NCBI GenBank assembly: GCA_016188005.1
Contig: JACPIQ010000025.1
Location: 1 to 64,000, forward strand
Direction of reading: 5' to 3'
Length of the DNA: 64,000 bases
Source: Candidatus Rokuibacteriota bacterium
Lineage (GTDB): Bacteria; Methylomirabilota; Methylomirabilia; Rokubacteriales; CSP1-6
Of the stretch, positions 33,890 to 42,721 are shown one piece after another. Position numbers and translations under genes: made by a program. The notes under the pieces are model-generated. The model was not told the origin of the DNA. It did not search any database and was given only the letters and a program-made list of their open reading frames with translations. The first letter of the stretch is position 1, and every line of letters starts with the position of its first letter.

Positions 33890-35951
33890 CCGCGGCGCCT
33901 GGCCCGGCGGCGGCCGGCGCGCCCGGGGCCCCTCCCGGGCCATTCCAGCGCAGGACCATGATGGTGACATCGTCGGCCGGCTCCACTCCCTCGGTGAAGC
34001 CCGCCACGTCGGTGCGGATCGCGTGGCCCACGGTCTCCGGGCCTGCGCCCGTGCCGAGGCCGGCGAGCAGCGCCTCGAGCCGTTTGCGCCCGTAGAGCTC
34101 GCCCGACTTGCCCCGTGCCTCGGTGACGCCGTCGGTGACGAGGCAGAGCGTCTCGCCCGGCTCCATCTGGCGGGTCGCCGCCAGATAGGGAAATTCCTCC
34201 AGGACGCACAGGGGGGGGCCGCCGCCGCCCGAGAGCCTCTCGAGTCCGCGCTCGCCGTGGGGCAGGAGCCAGGGATCGTCGTGGCCGGCATTGCAGTACT
34301 CGAGCACGCCCATCCTCGCATCCAGGATGCCCGCGAAGAGGGTGACGAACAGCAGCTCCGTGTTGTCGCGTGAGATCTCGACATTCGCCTCGCGCATCAT
34401 GGCCGCGACCTGCCCACGGCGGCGGAGCGCGGTGCTCTTGTAGAGCGACTTGCTGACCGCCATGAAGAGGCTCCCGGGCAGGCCCTTGCCCGAGACGTCC
34501 CCGACGAGGAAGACGAGCCGGTCCTCGTCGAGGCGAAAGAAATCGTAGAGGTCCCCGCCCACTTCCTGCGCGGGCTCGAGAAAGGTGTACAGGCTGAAGC
34601 GCCGTTCCCCGGGGAACGCGCTGGCCGGACTCGGCAGGCTGCCCATCTGGATGCGACGGGCCGCCTCGAGCTCGCCCGCAACGCGGGCAGCCGCCTCGCG
34701 CTGCCGCTCCACCTGGCGGCGCAGGCTGGAGCGCTGACTGTCGGCCTCGGCCAGGGTGAGCCCGAGCATCGCGGTGAAGAGCCCCGCGAGGCCCATCGCC
34801 GGCGCCACCGCGTCCACGAGGATGCCCGCGCCCACGAAGAGCGCGATGCCCACGCCGAGGACCGCCGCAACCGCTCCCAGCCCCACCAGCACCGAGCGCC
34901 CCACGGGAAGCCCTGGCACCAGCAAGACGAGTCCGAGCCCACCGGCCAGGAGCAGGCCCGACTCGAGCCAGCGCGTCCAGGCCGGGCGCGACAGCAGGGT
35001 GCCGTCGACCAGCCCTTCCAGGAGCTGCGCGTGGATCTCCACGCCGGACATCCGGTCGCCCAGCGGCGTCGCCTGATAGTCCGAGAGTCCGAGCGCCGTG
35101 ACGCCGACGAGGACGAGCTTGCCGCGGAGCCGCGCCGGCTCGATCGCGCCGGCCAGCAGGTCGACGGCGGAGACGAATCGCGCCGGATCATGCGGCGAGA
35201 AGTGAAGCCACGCGCTGCCGTCGGGCTCGCTGCGCGCCGTCACGTCGCCGATGCCCACCGCCTCCAGCCCGCCCCTCCCCACTCGAAGGGTCAGCGCCGG
35301 CGTCCGGGTCGCCACCCGGAGCATCTCGACGCCGAGACCCGGCACGGGGGTTCGCCCCACCGCAGCCAGCAGCGGCAGCCGCCGGACCACGCCCGCTTCC
35401 GTATCCGCCGAGAGGAGACCATGCGCCCGGGCCGCGGCGTGGATCTCGTCGACGCTGCGGATGACTGACCCGTAGCGTCGAAGAAAAGGGATGGGATCGC
35501 CCCCGACCAGCCGCAGCGTCGGCTCGCGGAGCGCCGGGCGGGCGGCCGGAGACTCCGCGGTGTCGAGCCCGCCCACGCCCAGCACCGCCGGCAGGGCCCG
35601 GAGGGTCTCAGCCAGCGTCCCGTCGTTGGTGGGCATGCGCGCGAGGCGCTCCACCACCTCGCGCTCCATCCCCTGCACGAGGTCCGGGAGCCGGTCGGGC
35701 GAGAGCCGGTCCGGCTCCGGCATCAAGATGTCCAGCCCGATGGCGGCCGGGTCCGCCTCGCCGATCCTGGAGAGCAGCCGCGCGAGGAGTGTCCGCGGCC
35801 AGGGCCACTGGCCGTGACGGTCGAGACTCGCCTCATCCACGGCCACGATCAGCACGGGGGCGGTCGCGCGCTGACGCGGCGCCAGCATCTGGTAGGCATC
35901 GAAGCCGGCGAGGCGCAGCCAGCGAAGCCCGGACGGCCCGAGCGCGAGCAC
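33876..35951 (-). CDS. CHASE2 sensor domain fused to a PP2C/SpoIIE-type serine phosphatase (RsbU-like). The N-terminus is probably longer than annotated.
   Basis: A CHASE2 region (PVLIVAVDEASLDRHGQWPWPR...), C-terminal TM helices and a PP2C domain (FVGDVSGKGLPGSLFMAVSKSLY...GILDARMGVLEYCNAGHDDPWLL...VTDGVTEA). The open frame continues upstream of the first canonical start (35951). It encodes ...RPWLRALRGRRGRPAGLALLAVLLAGVLALGPSG (a TM helix) with no ATG/GTG/TTG up to the MBL gene stop. Confidence 0.7.
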   Translation of the reverse strand: MLALGPSGLRWLRLAGFDAYQMLAPRQRATAPVLIVAVDEASLDRHGQWPWPRTLLARLLSRIGEADPAAIGLDILMPEPDRLSPDRLPDLVQGMEREVVERLARMPTNDGTLAETLRALPAVLGVGGLDTAESPAARPALREPTLRLVGGDPIPFLRRYGSVIRSVDEIHAAARAHGLLSADTEAGVVRRLPLLAAVGRTPVPGLGVEMLRVATRTPALTLRVGRGGLEAVGIGDVTARSEPDGSAWLHFSPHDPARFVSAVDLLAGAIEPARLRGKLVLVGVTALGLSDYQATPLGDRMSGVEIHAQLLEGLVDGTLLSRPAWTRWLESGLLLAGGLGLVLLVPGLPVGRSVLVGLGAVAAVLGVGIALFVGAGILVDAVAPAMGLAGLFTAMLGLTLAEADSQRSSLRRQVERQREAAARVAGELEAARRIQMGSLPSPASAFPGERRFSLYTFLEPAQEVGGDLYDFFRLDEDRLVFLVGDVSGKGLPGSLFMAVSKSLYKSTALRRRGQVAAMMREANVEISRDNTELLFVTLFAGILDARMGVLEYCNAGHDDPWLLPHGERGLERLSGGGGPPLCVLEEFPYLAATRQMEPGETLCLVTDGVTEARGKSGELYGRKRLEALLAGLGTGAGPETVGHAIRTDVAGFTEGVEPADDVTIMVLRWNGPGGAPGAPAAAGPGAAVSGR

Positions 35952-36058
35952 CCCGGCGAGCAGGACGGCCAGCAGGGCCAGCCCGGCGGGCCGGCCGCGC
36001 CGGCCACGCAGGGCGCGCAGCCACGGCCGGTCGGCCCAGTGCCGATGGTCCGACCCGG

Positions 36059-37018
36059 TCAGACGGCGATCTCCATCCCGTCGTAGGCGGCCGAGATCTC
36101 GAGCCGCCGGCCGCTCCGCGTGAGCTCCTCGAGCCGGCGGGTCTCGCGCAGGATCCCGGCGATCTTCGCGTCGTCGTGGAGGGGCTCGTGATGGTACAGG
36201 CAGAGGTGCTTGACGGCCGCCAACTGGCAGAGCTCCACGCCCACGATATTGCTCGAGTGCCCCCAGTCCTCCTTGACCGAGATGGCATCGGCCAGCGAGT
36301 ACATGGCGTCGAAGATCACCAGGTCGGCGTCGCGAAAGAACTCGACGAAGGCCGCGGTCTCGCCGGGATCGTCACGCTTGTGTTCGGAGTCCGTCGAGTA
36401 CACCACCGCCTTGCCCTCTCTCTCGAAGCGATACCCGTAGGAGTCGCCCGAGTGCACCTGCCTGTGGGGCCGCACTTTCAGCCCCGCCATCGCGTAGTCG
36501 CGGCCGGCCTCCAGGCGGACGAACTCGATGGTGGCGCTGAGCTGCGAGAACTCCACCGGGAACGAGGGCGCCCCGTGCTGCCGGCGGAAGGCCTCCTCCA
36601 GGGCCGCGTGGCAGCCGTAGATGCGAATCCGGTTCCCGGGGAGATAGGCGGGGACGAAGAACGGAAAACCCATGATGTGGTCCCAGTGCGGGTGCGACAT
36701 GAAGACGTGGTACGTCTGGCCCCGGGCCGGGCCGTGCCGGGCGAGCGCGTGGTGGCCAAAGACCTGGGCCCCGGACCCGAGGTCACAGAGCACGTACTCG
36801 CCGCTCCCCGTCTCGATCTCCACGCACGAGGAGTTCCCGCCGAAGCTGTGCGCGGTCGCGAACTCCAGCTCGCGCTCCACGAAGGCTCGTGCCTTCGCCG
36901 GTGTGTCGAGCCCGCGTCCCGCTCCACGTACCAGCGCCGTCACGATCTTCTCCGTGACGGCGGCGGCAGACAGCGATACCGGGATGGAGCCGCGCGTGCC
37001 CCAGAAGCGGACGAGCAT
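36059..37018 (-). CDS. MBL-fold metallo-hydrolase.
   Basis: MLVRFWGTRGSIPVS... with the HxHxDH motif (SHPHWDHIMGFPFF). It is 319 aa. Its start ATG shares one nt with the STAS gene stop, and its stop abuts the upstream-extended CHASE2-PP2C frame. Confidence 0.7.
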   Translation of the reverse strand: MLVRFWGTRGSIPVSLSAAAVTEKIVTALVRGAGRGLDTPAKARAFVERELEFATAHSFGGNSSCVEIETGSGEYVLCDLGSGAQVFGHHALARHGPARGQTYHVFMSHPHWDHIMGFPFFVPAYLPGNRIRIYGCHAALEEAFRRQHGAPSFPVEFSQLSATIEFVRLEAGRDYAMAGLKVRPHRQVHSGDSYGYRFEREGKAVVYSTDSEHKRDDPGETAAFVEFFRDADLVIFDAMYSLADAISVKEDWGHSSNIVGVELCQLAAVKHLCLYHHEPLHDDAKIAGILRETRRLEELTRSGRRLEISAAYDGMEIAV

Positions 37019-37404
37019 CAGCCCACGCCGGTCTGCGAGAAGGCCGCGAGCGCCGCCGGCGAGACGGCGGCCAGCGCGTCGCGCGTGGTCGGGTACACGT
37101 CCAGGACCAGGTGGAAGCGGCTGATCTCGAAGATCTCGCGCACGATCGGCCCCAGCGCCGCGACGACCATCGTGCCCCCCTGCGCCTTGACCTGCTTGGC
37201 GGCCAGCATGAGCACGCGGAGACCCGCGCTGCTGATGTACTCCACGCCGGAGAGATCGAGGACCACACGGTCCCGCTCCGCCCCGCACCGGTCGAGGTGC
37301 GGCGCCAGCGCGGCCTTGAAATCGGGCGACACGGTGTGGTCGATGCGGCCGGCGGGACAGAGGATCACGGCGTCAGCGCAGCGGCGCGGTGCCAGCTCCA
37401 TGGT
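37018..37404 (-). CDS. STAS-domain anti-sigma-factor antagonist (SpoIIAA/RsbV-like).
   Basis: ...RDRVVLDLSGVEYISSAGLRVLMLAAKQVKAQGGTMVVAAL... with the conserved phosphorylatable Ser context (DLSGVEYISSAGL). The start is the ATG at 37404 (MELAPRR...). Confidence 0.7.
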   Translation of the reverse strand, partial: TMELAPRRCADAVILCPAGRIDHTVSPDFKAALAPHLDRCGAERDRVVLDLSGVEYISSAGLRVLMLAAKQVKAQGGTMVVAALGPIVREIFEISRFHLVLDVYPTTRDALAAVSPAALAAFSQTGVG

Positions 37405-37557
37405 CGGCTCGAATCTTACCACGCGAGGTCCTCCGGCGGGGGAGCCGGCGGGCATCCTGCGGCGGGACGAGATCAGATCAGCGTGCGACGTGTGCCCTGG
37501 GCCCGCGCCCGTGGAGTCACTCGGCGACGGGTCCGCGCGCGGCGGCGGGTCGTGGGC

Positions 37558-39558
37558 TCAGCGACGGCGGAGGCGCCGCCGCGCCGCCTCGAGCGCGTGA
37601 CGGAACCGGGAATCATCGGGGCGCAGCCGCAGCGCCTCCGCGTAGGCGGCAGCGGCCTCGTCGAGCCGCCTGAGCCGGACGAGCACCGCACCCAGGCGGG
37701 CGTGGGCCTCGGCGTGATCGGGCTTGACGCGGATCGCCTCGCGATAGGCCACCTCGCACTCGGCGTGCTTGCCTTGCCGCTCGAGCACCGTCCACAGGTT
37801 GAAATGATTCTGCGCCTCGGCCGGGCGCAGGCGGAGCGCCTCGCGATAGGCGGCCTCGGCCTCGGCATGGAGCCCCTGGGCCAGGAGCACGCCGCCGAGA
37901 CCGCGGTACGCCGACGGGCTGTCGGGCTTGGCGGCGATGGCGGCGCGGAAGGCCTCCGCCGCTTCCGCGGGCCGCCCCTGCTCGCTCAGGAGCTCGCCAA
38001 GATAGCTGTGGGTGCGCGCGAAGCCGGGCTTGAGGTGGGCCGCCTCGCGCAGCGCCGCCTCCGCCGCCGCGTACTTGCCCTGGAAGTACAGGACCACGCC
38101 GAGCCCCCGATGCAGCGCGGCGCCCCCGGGCTTGACGCGCAGGGCCTCGCGGTACACCGCCTCGGACTGCGCGTAGCGCCCCTGGCGGCCGAGGCCGACG
38201 GCGAGATTGCCGAGGGCGACCACATTCGTCGGGGCGAGCCGGACGGCCTCGCGCAGCGCCGCCTCCGCCTCGGCATGCTTGCCCTGCCGCCCGAGCGCGA
38301 TGCCCAGCTCCACGTGGTGATCGGCATCGCCCGGCGCCAGGGCCACCGCGGCGCGGAAGGCCGCTTCCGCCTCGGCGTCGAGCCCCTGGGCCGACAGCGC
38401 GAGCCCCAGATCGTAATGCAGCTCCGGATCGTCAGGACACAGGCGCAGCGCCCGGCGGTAGGTGTCGGCCTCCTCGGCCCAGCGGCTCTCCCGCCGGAGC
38501 ACCGCGGCCAGTCCCAGGTGGGTCGCGAGGTCCTCGGGGTGCAGACGGATCGCCTCCCGGAACGCCAGCGCGGCGGCGGCGAAATGCCCCTGGTGCTCGA
38601 GGACGCGGCCCAGGCGACCGTGCCACGCCGCGTTGCCAGGCTCGAGCCGGATCGCTTCCCGCAAGGCGGCCGCGGCCTCGCCGTGACGGCGCAGACGCCA
38701 GAGGACGACGCCCAGGCGGCCGTGGAGCGCGGCGACCGAGCCGCGGAGGCGGATGGCCTCGCGATAGGCGGCGGCGGCCGCACGCCAACGGCGCTGACGG
38801 CGCAGCACGCCGGCCAGGTGCGCGCGCGCCCTGGCAGAGGTGGGCGCGAGCCTGACGGCCTCGGCGAGCGCCACCGCCGCCTCGGCGTGCTTTCCCTGGG
38901 CGGCCAGGACCATCCCGAGCCCGTCGTGGACGTGGGGGTTCCGCGGCGCGAGCCTCGCCGCTTCCCTGAAGGCCGTCTCGGCCTCGAGGCGCAGGCCGCG
39001 GCGCGCAAGCGCGATGCCGAGGTTCTGTTGCGCCTCGGCGTGGCCAGGCGCCAGCCGCACGGCGTCGCGCAGCGCCTGCTCCTCGTCGGCGTACCTGCCC
39101 TGCCGCCGGCACATGAGGCCCAGCCGGAGAGGCACGAGAGGATGATCGGGCCTGAGCACCGCGGCCGCATGGTACGCCGCCTCGGCCTCGGCCCAGCGCC
39201 GCTGCCGCTCCAGCGCCAGCCCGAGCTTGAAGTGCCCCCTGAAGGCCTGCGGCGCCTGCGCCACCGCCTCGCGGTACTCGGCTTCCGCCTCGACCGGGCG
39301 CCCCTGCTCCAGGAGCGCATCGCCCAGGTCCACGCGCGCCGCGGCGGCCCGCGGCGAGAGGCGCACGGCCTCCCGGAAGGCGGCTTCCGCCTCTCGCGTG
39401 CGCCGCTGGCGGGTGAGGGCGGCGCCGAGCCGGGAATAGGCTTCCGCGCGCCGGGGGTCGCCCTCGATCGCGTGACGGCACTGGCGCTCGGCCTCGGCGT
39501 CGCGCCCCTCGCGAAGCGATGCCGCCGCGCGCTGCAGCCAGAGGGTGGTCTCGTCCAC
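37558..39558 (-). CDS. Tetratricopeptide-repeat protein (~19 consecutive 34-aa TPR units).
   Basis: 666 aa made of AEAxxREAxRLxP... units repeated throughout. There is no other domain. Confidence 0.8.
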   Translation of the reverse strand: MDETTLWLQRAAASLREGRDAEAERQCRHAIEGDPRRAEAYSRLGAALTRQRRTREAEAAFREAVRLSPRAAAARVDLGDALLEQGRPVEAEAEYREAVAQAPQAFRGHFKLGLALERQRRWAEAEAAYHAAAVLRPDHPLVPLRLGLMCRRQGRYADEEQALRDAVRLAPGHAEAQQNLGIALARRGLRLEAETAFREAARLAPRNPHVHDGLGMVLAAQGKHAEAAVALAEAVRLAPTSARARAHLAGVLRRQRRWRAAAAAYREAIRLRGSVAALHGRLGVVLWRLRRHGEAAAALREAIRLEPGNAAWHGRLGRVLEHQGHFAAAALAFREAIRLHPEDLATHLGLAAVLRRESRWAEEADTYRRALRLCPDDPELHYDLGLALSAQGLDAEAEAAFRAAVALAPGDADHHVELGIALGRQGKHAEAEAALREAVRLAPTNVVALGNLAVGLGRQGRYAQSEAVYREALRVKPGGAALHRGLGVVLYFQGKYAAAEAALREAAHLKPGFARTHSYLGELLSEQGRPAEAAEAFRAAIAAKPDSPSAYRGLGGVLLAQGLHAEAEAAYREALRLRPAEAQNHFNLWTVLERQGKHAECEVAYREAIRVKPDHAEAHARLGAVLVRLRRLDEAAAAYAEALRLRPDDSRFRHALEAARRRLRRR

Positions 39559-39603
39559 GCCCTCAAGGTAGGGAGGCGCGGAGAGCCTGTCAAGAACGCG
39601 GCG

Positions 39604-40194
39604 CTAGCTGCGGCCCTCGGCGCGATCGCGGACCGCCTTGATGGTGTCCACGAGGCCCTCGCGCTCGGCCCCGCGAGTGAGGAAGGCGGGCAACACGGTG
39701 CGGGCCGCGATCGAGTAGGTGAGCATGGTGGCCGCGCCATGGGGCTCGACGTGCCAGTAGCCCCAGTTCGCGCGGAACAGCCCATTGGAGCGCCCGGCCG
39801 CCAGCTGCCATGCCAGGCGCCGGCGTCCCGCGTCGGGGTAGTTGTCCACGTGGAAGCGAAACGAGAACAGCCCCACTCCCACCACGTACCGGACCAGGGC
39901 ATGATCGTCGCCGACCTCGAGGACCTCGGCCATCGTCACCTTCGGGTAAAGCCCAACGTGGCGGGGATAGTCGATGACGAGCTGCCACACTGCCTCCGGG
40001 GGGGCGTTGACGAGGCTGAATGCCGTTCCCCCCTGGGCCGCCGCGGCCTGGTGGCCGGGCGGGAGGATGTCGAGGACGACGACGTCGCCGCCCTCCAGGC
40101 GCCGGCGCTGCTCCTCCGACATGGCAAGGGTGCTTGCGGCGGGCGTCCAGGCCAGAAGGACGAGCACGGCGGCGATCGGCAACGAGCGCTTCAT
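39604..40194 (-). CDS. SRPBCC-superfamily (START/polyketide-cyclase-like) protein with signal peptide.
   Basis: The internal ATG gives MKRSLPIAAVLVLLAWTPAASTLA. It is a ~170-aa SRPBCC-like domain (WQLVIDYPRHVGLYPKV...WQLAAGRSNGLFRANWGYWHVEP). Confidence 0.55.
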   Translation of the reverse strand: MKRSLPIAAVLVLLAWTPAASTLAMSEEQRRRLEGGDVVVLDILPPGHQAAAAQGGTAFSLVNAPPEAVWQLVIDYPRHVGLYPKVTMAEVLEVGDDHALVRYVVGVGLFSFRFHVDNYPDAGRRRLAWQLAAGRSNGLFRANWGYWHVEPHGAATMLTYSIAARTVLPAFLTRGAEREGLVDTIKAVRDRAEGRS

Positions 40195-40274
40195 GAACAC
40201 TCCCTTGTCGTGGCAAGATGGATTTGCCCGGGCGGCGGTTGGCTGCCGCGGACCATTGCATCCTCCAGTGTCCC

Positions 40275-41018
40275 ATGGCGGAGAGGATCGTGCCAAGCGT
40301 TACGCGGTGGCTGGCAGCTTCCCTCCTCGCCCTCGTGGCCGCAGGCCTGGCCGTCGGCGAGGCCACCCTGCCCTGGCCGCCGTTCCTGCCGGGGCGCGTG
40401 ACCTTCCCGACCGAGATCGCGGCGGGCGTCGAGCGCACCTGGGGCCACCGTACCTGGAGCCGCACGGTGCGCGGGCGCCCGGCGCGCGCCCCCTTCGATC
40501 TCTACACCGCGCTCGTGGACGCGCCCGACATCACCGCCGCGGCGGCGCGCTTCCGCGATCTGGCGCGCCACGAGGTGCGAGCGCTCGGGGAGGACTGGTA
40601 CGAGGCCGACGACGGCGACGGCTCGCGCGGGCAGTACCGCATCCTCGTGCGCGCGGCGCGGCGCCGCGTTATGCTCTCCTGGGGCGAGCACTCGAGCGGC
40701 CTCATCGGGACCATCCGGGGCAGCGCGCTGACGGAGCTCTCGCTGGAGCCGCGCGGGGAGGACGTGGCCCAGGAGCTGACGGCGCATGTCCTCATCGAGA
40801 GCCGGGTGGCCGCGGCGCTGGCCCGGATGCTCCTCGTGCTCTTCGGCGGCATCGCCGACCGGCGGCTGCGCGAGGCCTTCGCCAGCGCCGGCCAGGTCGC
40901 CGAGTGGGCGACCGCTCAGCCAGCGGAGTTCTGCCAGTGGCTGGGGCGTGCGCCGATGCCGCCGGAGCGCCGCGCGCGCGTGGCAGGCCTCGTGCGCGGC
41001 TGCGGGGAGCCGTCGTGA
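40275..41018 (+). CDS. Hypothetical protein (N-terminal TM/signal-anchor; no recognised family).
   Basis: Track ORF 40218..41018. I prefer the ATG at 40275 (MAERIVPSVTRWLAASLLALVAAGLAV). Its stop overlaps the downstream gene start (GTGA). Confidence 0.45.
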   Translation: MAERIVPSVTRWLAASLLALVAAGLAVGEATLPWPPFLPGRVTFPTEIAAGVERTWGHRTWSRTVRGRPARAPFDLYTALVDAPDITAAAARFRDLARHEVRALGEDWYEADDGDGSRGQYRILVRAARRRVMLSWGEHSSGLIGTIRGSALTELSLEPRGEDVAQELTAHVLIESRVAAALARMLLVLFGGIADRRLREAFASAGQVAEWATAQPAEFCQWLGRAPMPPERRARVAGLVRGCGEPS

Positions 41019-41611
41019 CGCGCGGGGGGTGGATCCGCTGGATCGTCGTGGGGCTCGACCGGGGCTACCGGACACTCCACGCCCTCGATGCTCCGGCCGC
41101 CCAGGTGGGGCCCGCGCTCTGCCTCGAGGTGCGCCGGAGCCGCCGGACGTTCTCGCTGGCCGACGGCACGGCCGTGCGCCGCGGCGATCCCGTCGCCCTC
41201 CTGCATCTCAACAATCGCCGGATCGTGGCACTCCACCACGAGGAAGGCCGCCAGCACCCCGTGGGCCTCGTGTTCCGCCGCCGCTTCGTGACCTCGCTGG
41301 AGGCGCTGGCCACGCGCGCGGCGGACGGCGGCGACCTCGCGCACCTGCGCGCCTTCGCGGCCATGACCGTCTTCTTCGGCGGGCTTCAGCGGCTCGGCTT
41401 CGCCGAGGCGGCCGGGGACCGGCTGTTCTGGGCGCGCTGCGTCGCGGCGTATCAGCGCGTGCTCCTGGCGGCGTTCCACCCGGCGGGTGCCGCGCGTCGG
41501 CGGGCCGGGACCCGCACGCGCGCCCACCGGCTCTGGATCTCGCGCGAGCGCCTGCTGGCCCTGCACGGCCCCGCGCGGGCCCGGCGAGCGCGTCGCGCGC
41601 TCACCGGGTAG
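41015..41611 (+). CDS. Hypothetical protein, translationally coupled to 40275..41018.
   Basis: An in-frame GTG at 41015 (VTRGGWIRWIVVGLDRGYRTL...) within track ORF 39974..41611 +. It is 198 aa with no recognised family. Confidence 0.45.
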   Translation: MTRGGWIRWIVVGLDRGYRTLHALDAPAAQVGPALCLEVRRSRRTFSLADGTAVRRGDPVALLHLNNRRIVALHHEEGRQHPVGLVFRRRFVTSLEALATRAADGGDLAHLRAFAAMTVFFGGLQRLGFAEAAGDRLFWARCVAAYQRVLLAAFHPAGAARRRAGTRTRAHRLWISRERLLALHGPARARRARRALTG

Positions 41612-41616
41612 GCGCC

Positions 41617-42570
41617 CTACTCGCCCTTGAGTGTCGGATCGAGGAGGTCCCGGAGCCAGTCGCCGGTGCGGCTCACGACGATGGAGGTCGCCATGAGGAC
41701 GAGCCCCGGGCACGTCGAGATCCACCACGCCGAGTCCAGGTACTCCCGCCCCTCGTGGACCATGCCGCCCCAGGACGGGGTCGGCGGCTGGATGCCGAGG
41801 CCGAGGAAGGACAGGGTCGCCTCCAGCACGATGGCGCGCGCCAGCTCGAGAGTGGCGATCACCACCAGCGAGGAGAGCACGTTGGGCAGCACGTGCCGGA
41901 GCACGATGCGCGGAACCGAGCCCCCGAGGGCGTGGACCGCGTCCACGAACTCCCGCGAGCGAAGCGACAGCACCTGGGAGCGCAGGACGCGCGCGTAGGA
42001 GACCCACCCGGACAGCCCGATCACCACCACGAGCGTCGGGAACGACGGCCCCAGCACCGCGATGATCCCGATGGCGAGCAGGATGAAGGGGAAGGCGAGC
42101 TGGGCATCGGCGAGCGACAGCGCTTGCTTAACCAACGGGTTGTTGAGCGGGGGGACCTTGCTGTTCACGCCGATGCAGTACAGGCCGGCGTAGAGCGCTC
42201 CGACCACGCGGGGCGACGGATTGACGTTGACCCGCTCCCCGTGATCGGGCGGGAGCTGGGTGATGATATCCACCTCGCCCTTGAGCAGGCTCGCGATCCG
42301 CGGCGCCATCTCGGGGATGGCACGCACGACGAGGGTCGCCGCGTCGGGCGTCTCGATCCTGTCGATGGTGGTGAACACCGTGGAGACGCGGGCCTTGACC
42401 TTCGGGTCCAGCGTGCGCTGGAGACTCCACTTGGCGTCTGCCGACGAGAAGGGGTCCCCGTTGTGCCACTTCACCCCCTGGCGGATCTTGAAGACCCAGG
42501 TGGTCTGGCCCTGGATCTTCCACTCCGTGGCCAGGGCCGCGTGCAGCTTGCCGTCCGGGTGCCGGCTCAC
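41617..42570 (-). pseudogene. Gene remnant: an internal fragment of a family-5 peptide SBP fused in-frame to the C-terminal half of a DppC/OppC-type ABC permease.
   Basis: N-part ...HPDGKLHAALATEWKIQGQTTWVFKIRQGVKWHNGDPFSSADAKWSLQRT... (SBP_bac_5 core with no signal peptide; a stop lies 30 codons upstream). C-part ...FPFILLAIGIIAVLGPSFPTLVVVIGLSGWVSYARVLRSQVLSLRSREFVDAVHALG...LVVIATLELARAIVLEATLSFLGLGIQPP (BPD_transp_1 EAA-loop region). Confidence 0.6.
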
Positions 42571-42721
42571 GAGGTTGTCGAAGAGGTTGAGCTCGACAGT
42601 GCACGACTGAAGCGGGCCTGCGACGCCTGAGGACGCTCAGCCGGAACAGCGACTGGACACGTCGTGTTCTTTCCAGGCGGCAGGTCCGGGGCATCCGCGG
42701 GCCGGGTGAACGGGGCGAACC

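Noticed and set aside
37558-39558. A possible DNA-level repeat element or low-complexity artefact.
   Set aside because: The periodicity is the 34-residue TPR unit of a genuine TPR protein (consistent AEAxxREAxRLxP helices), not a mobile or satellite repeat.
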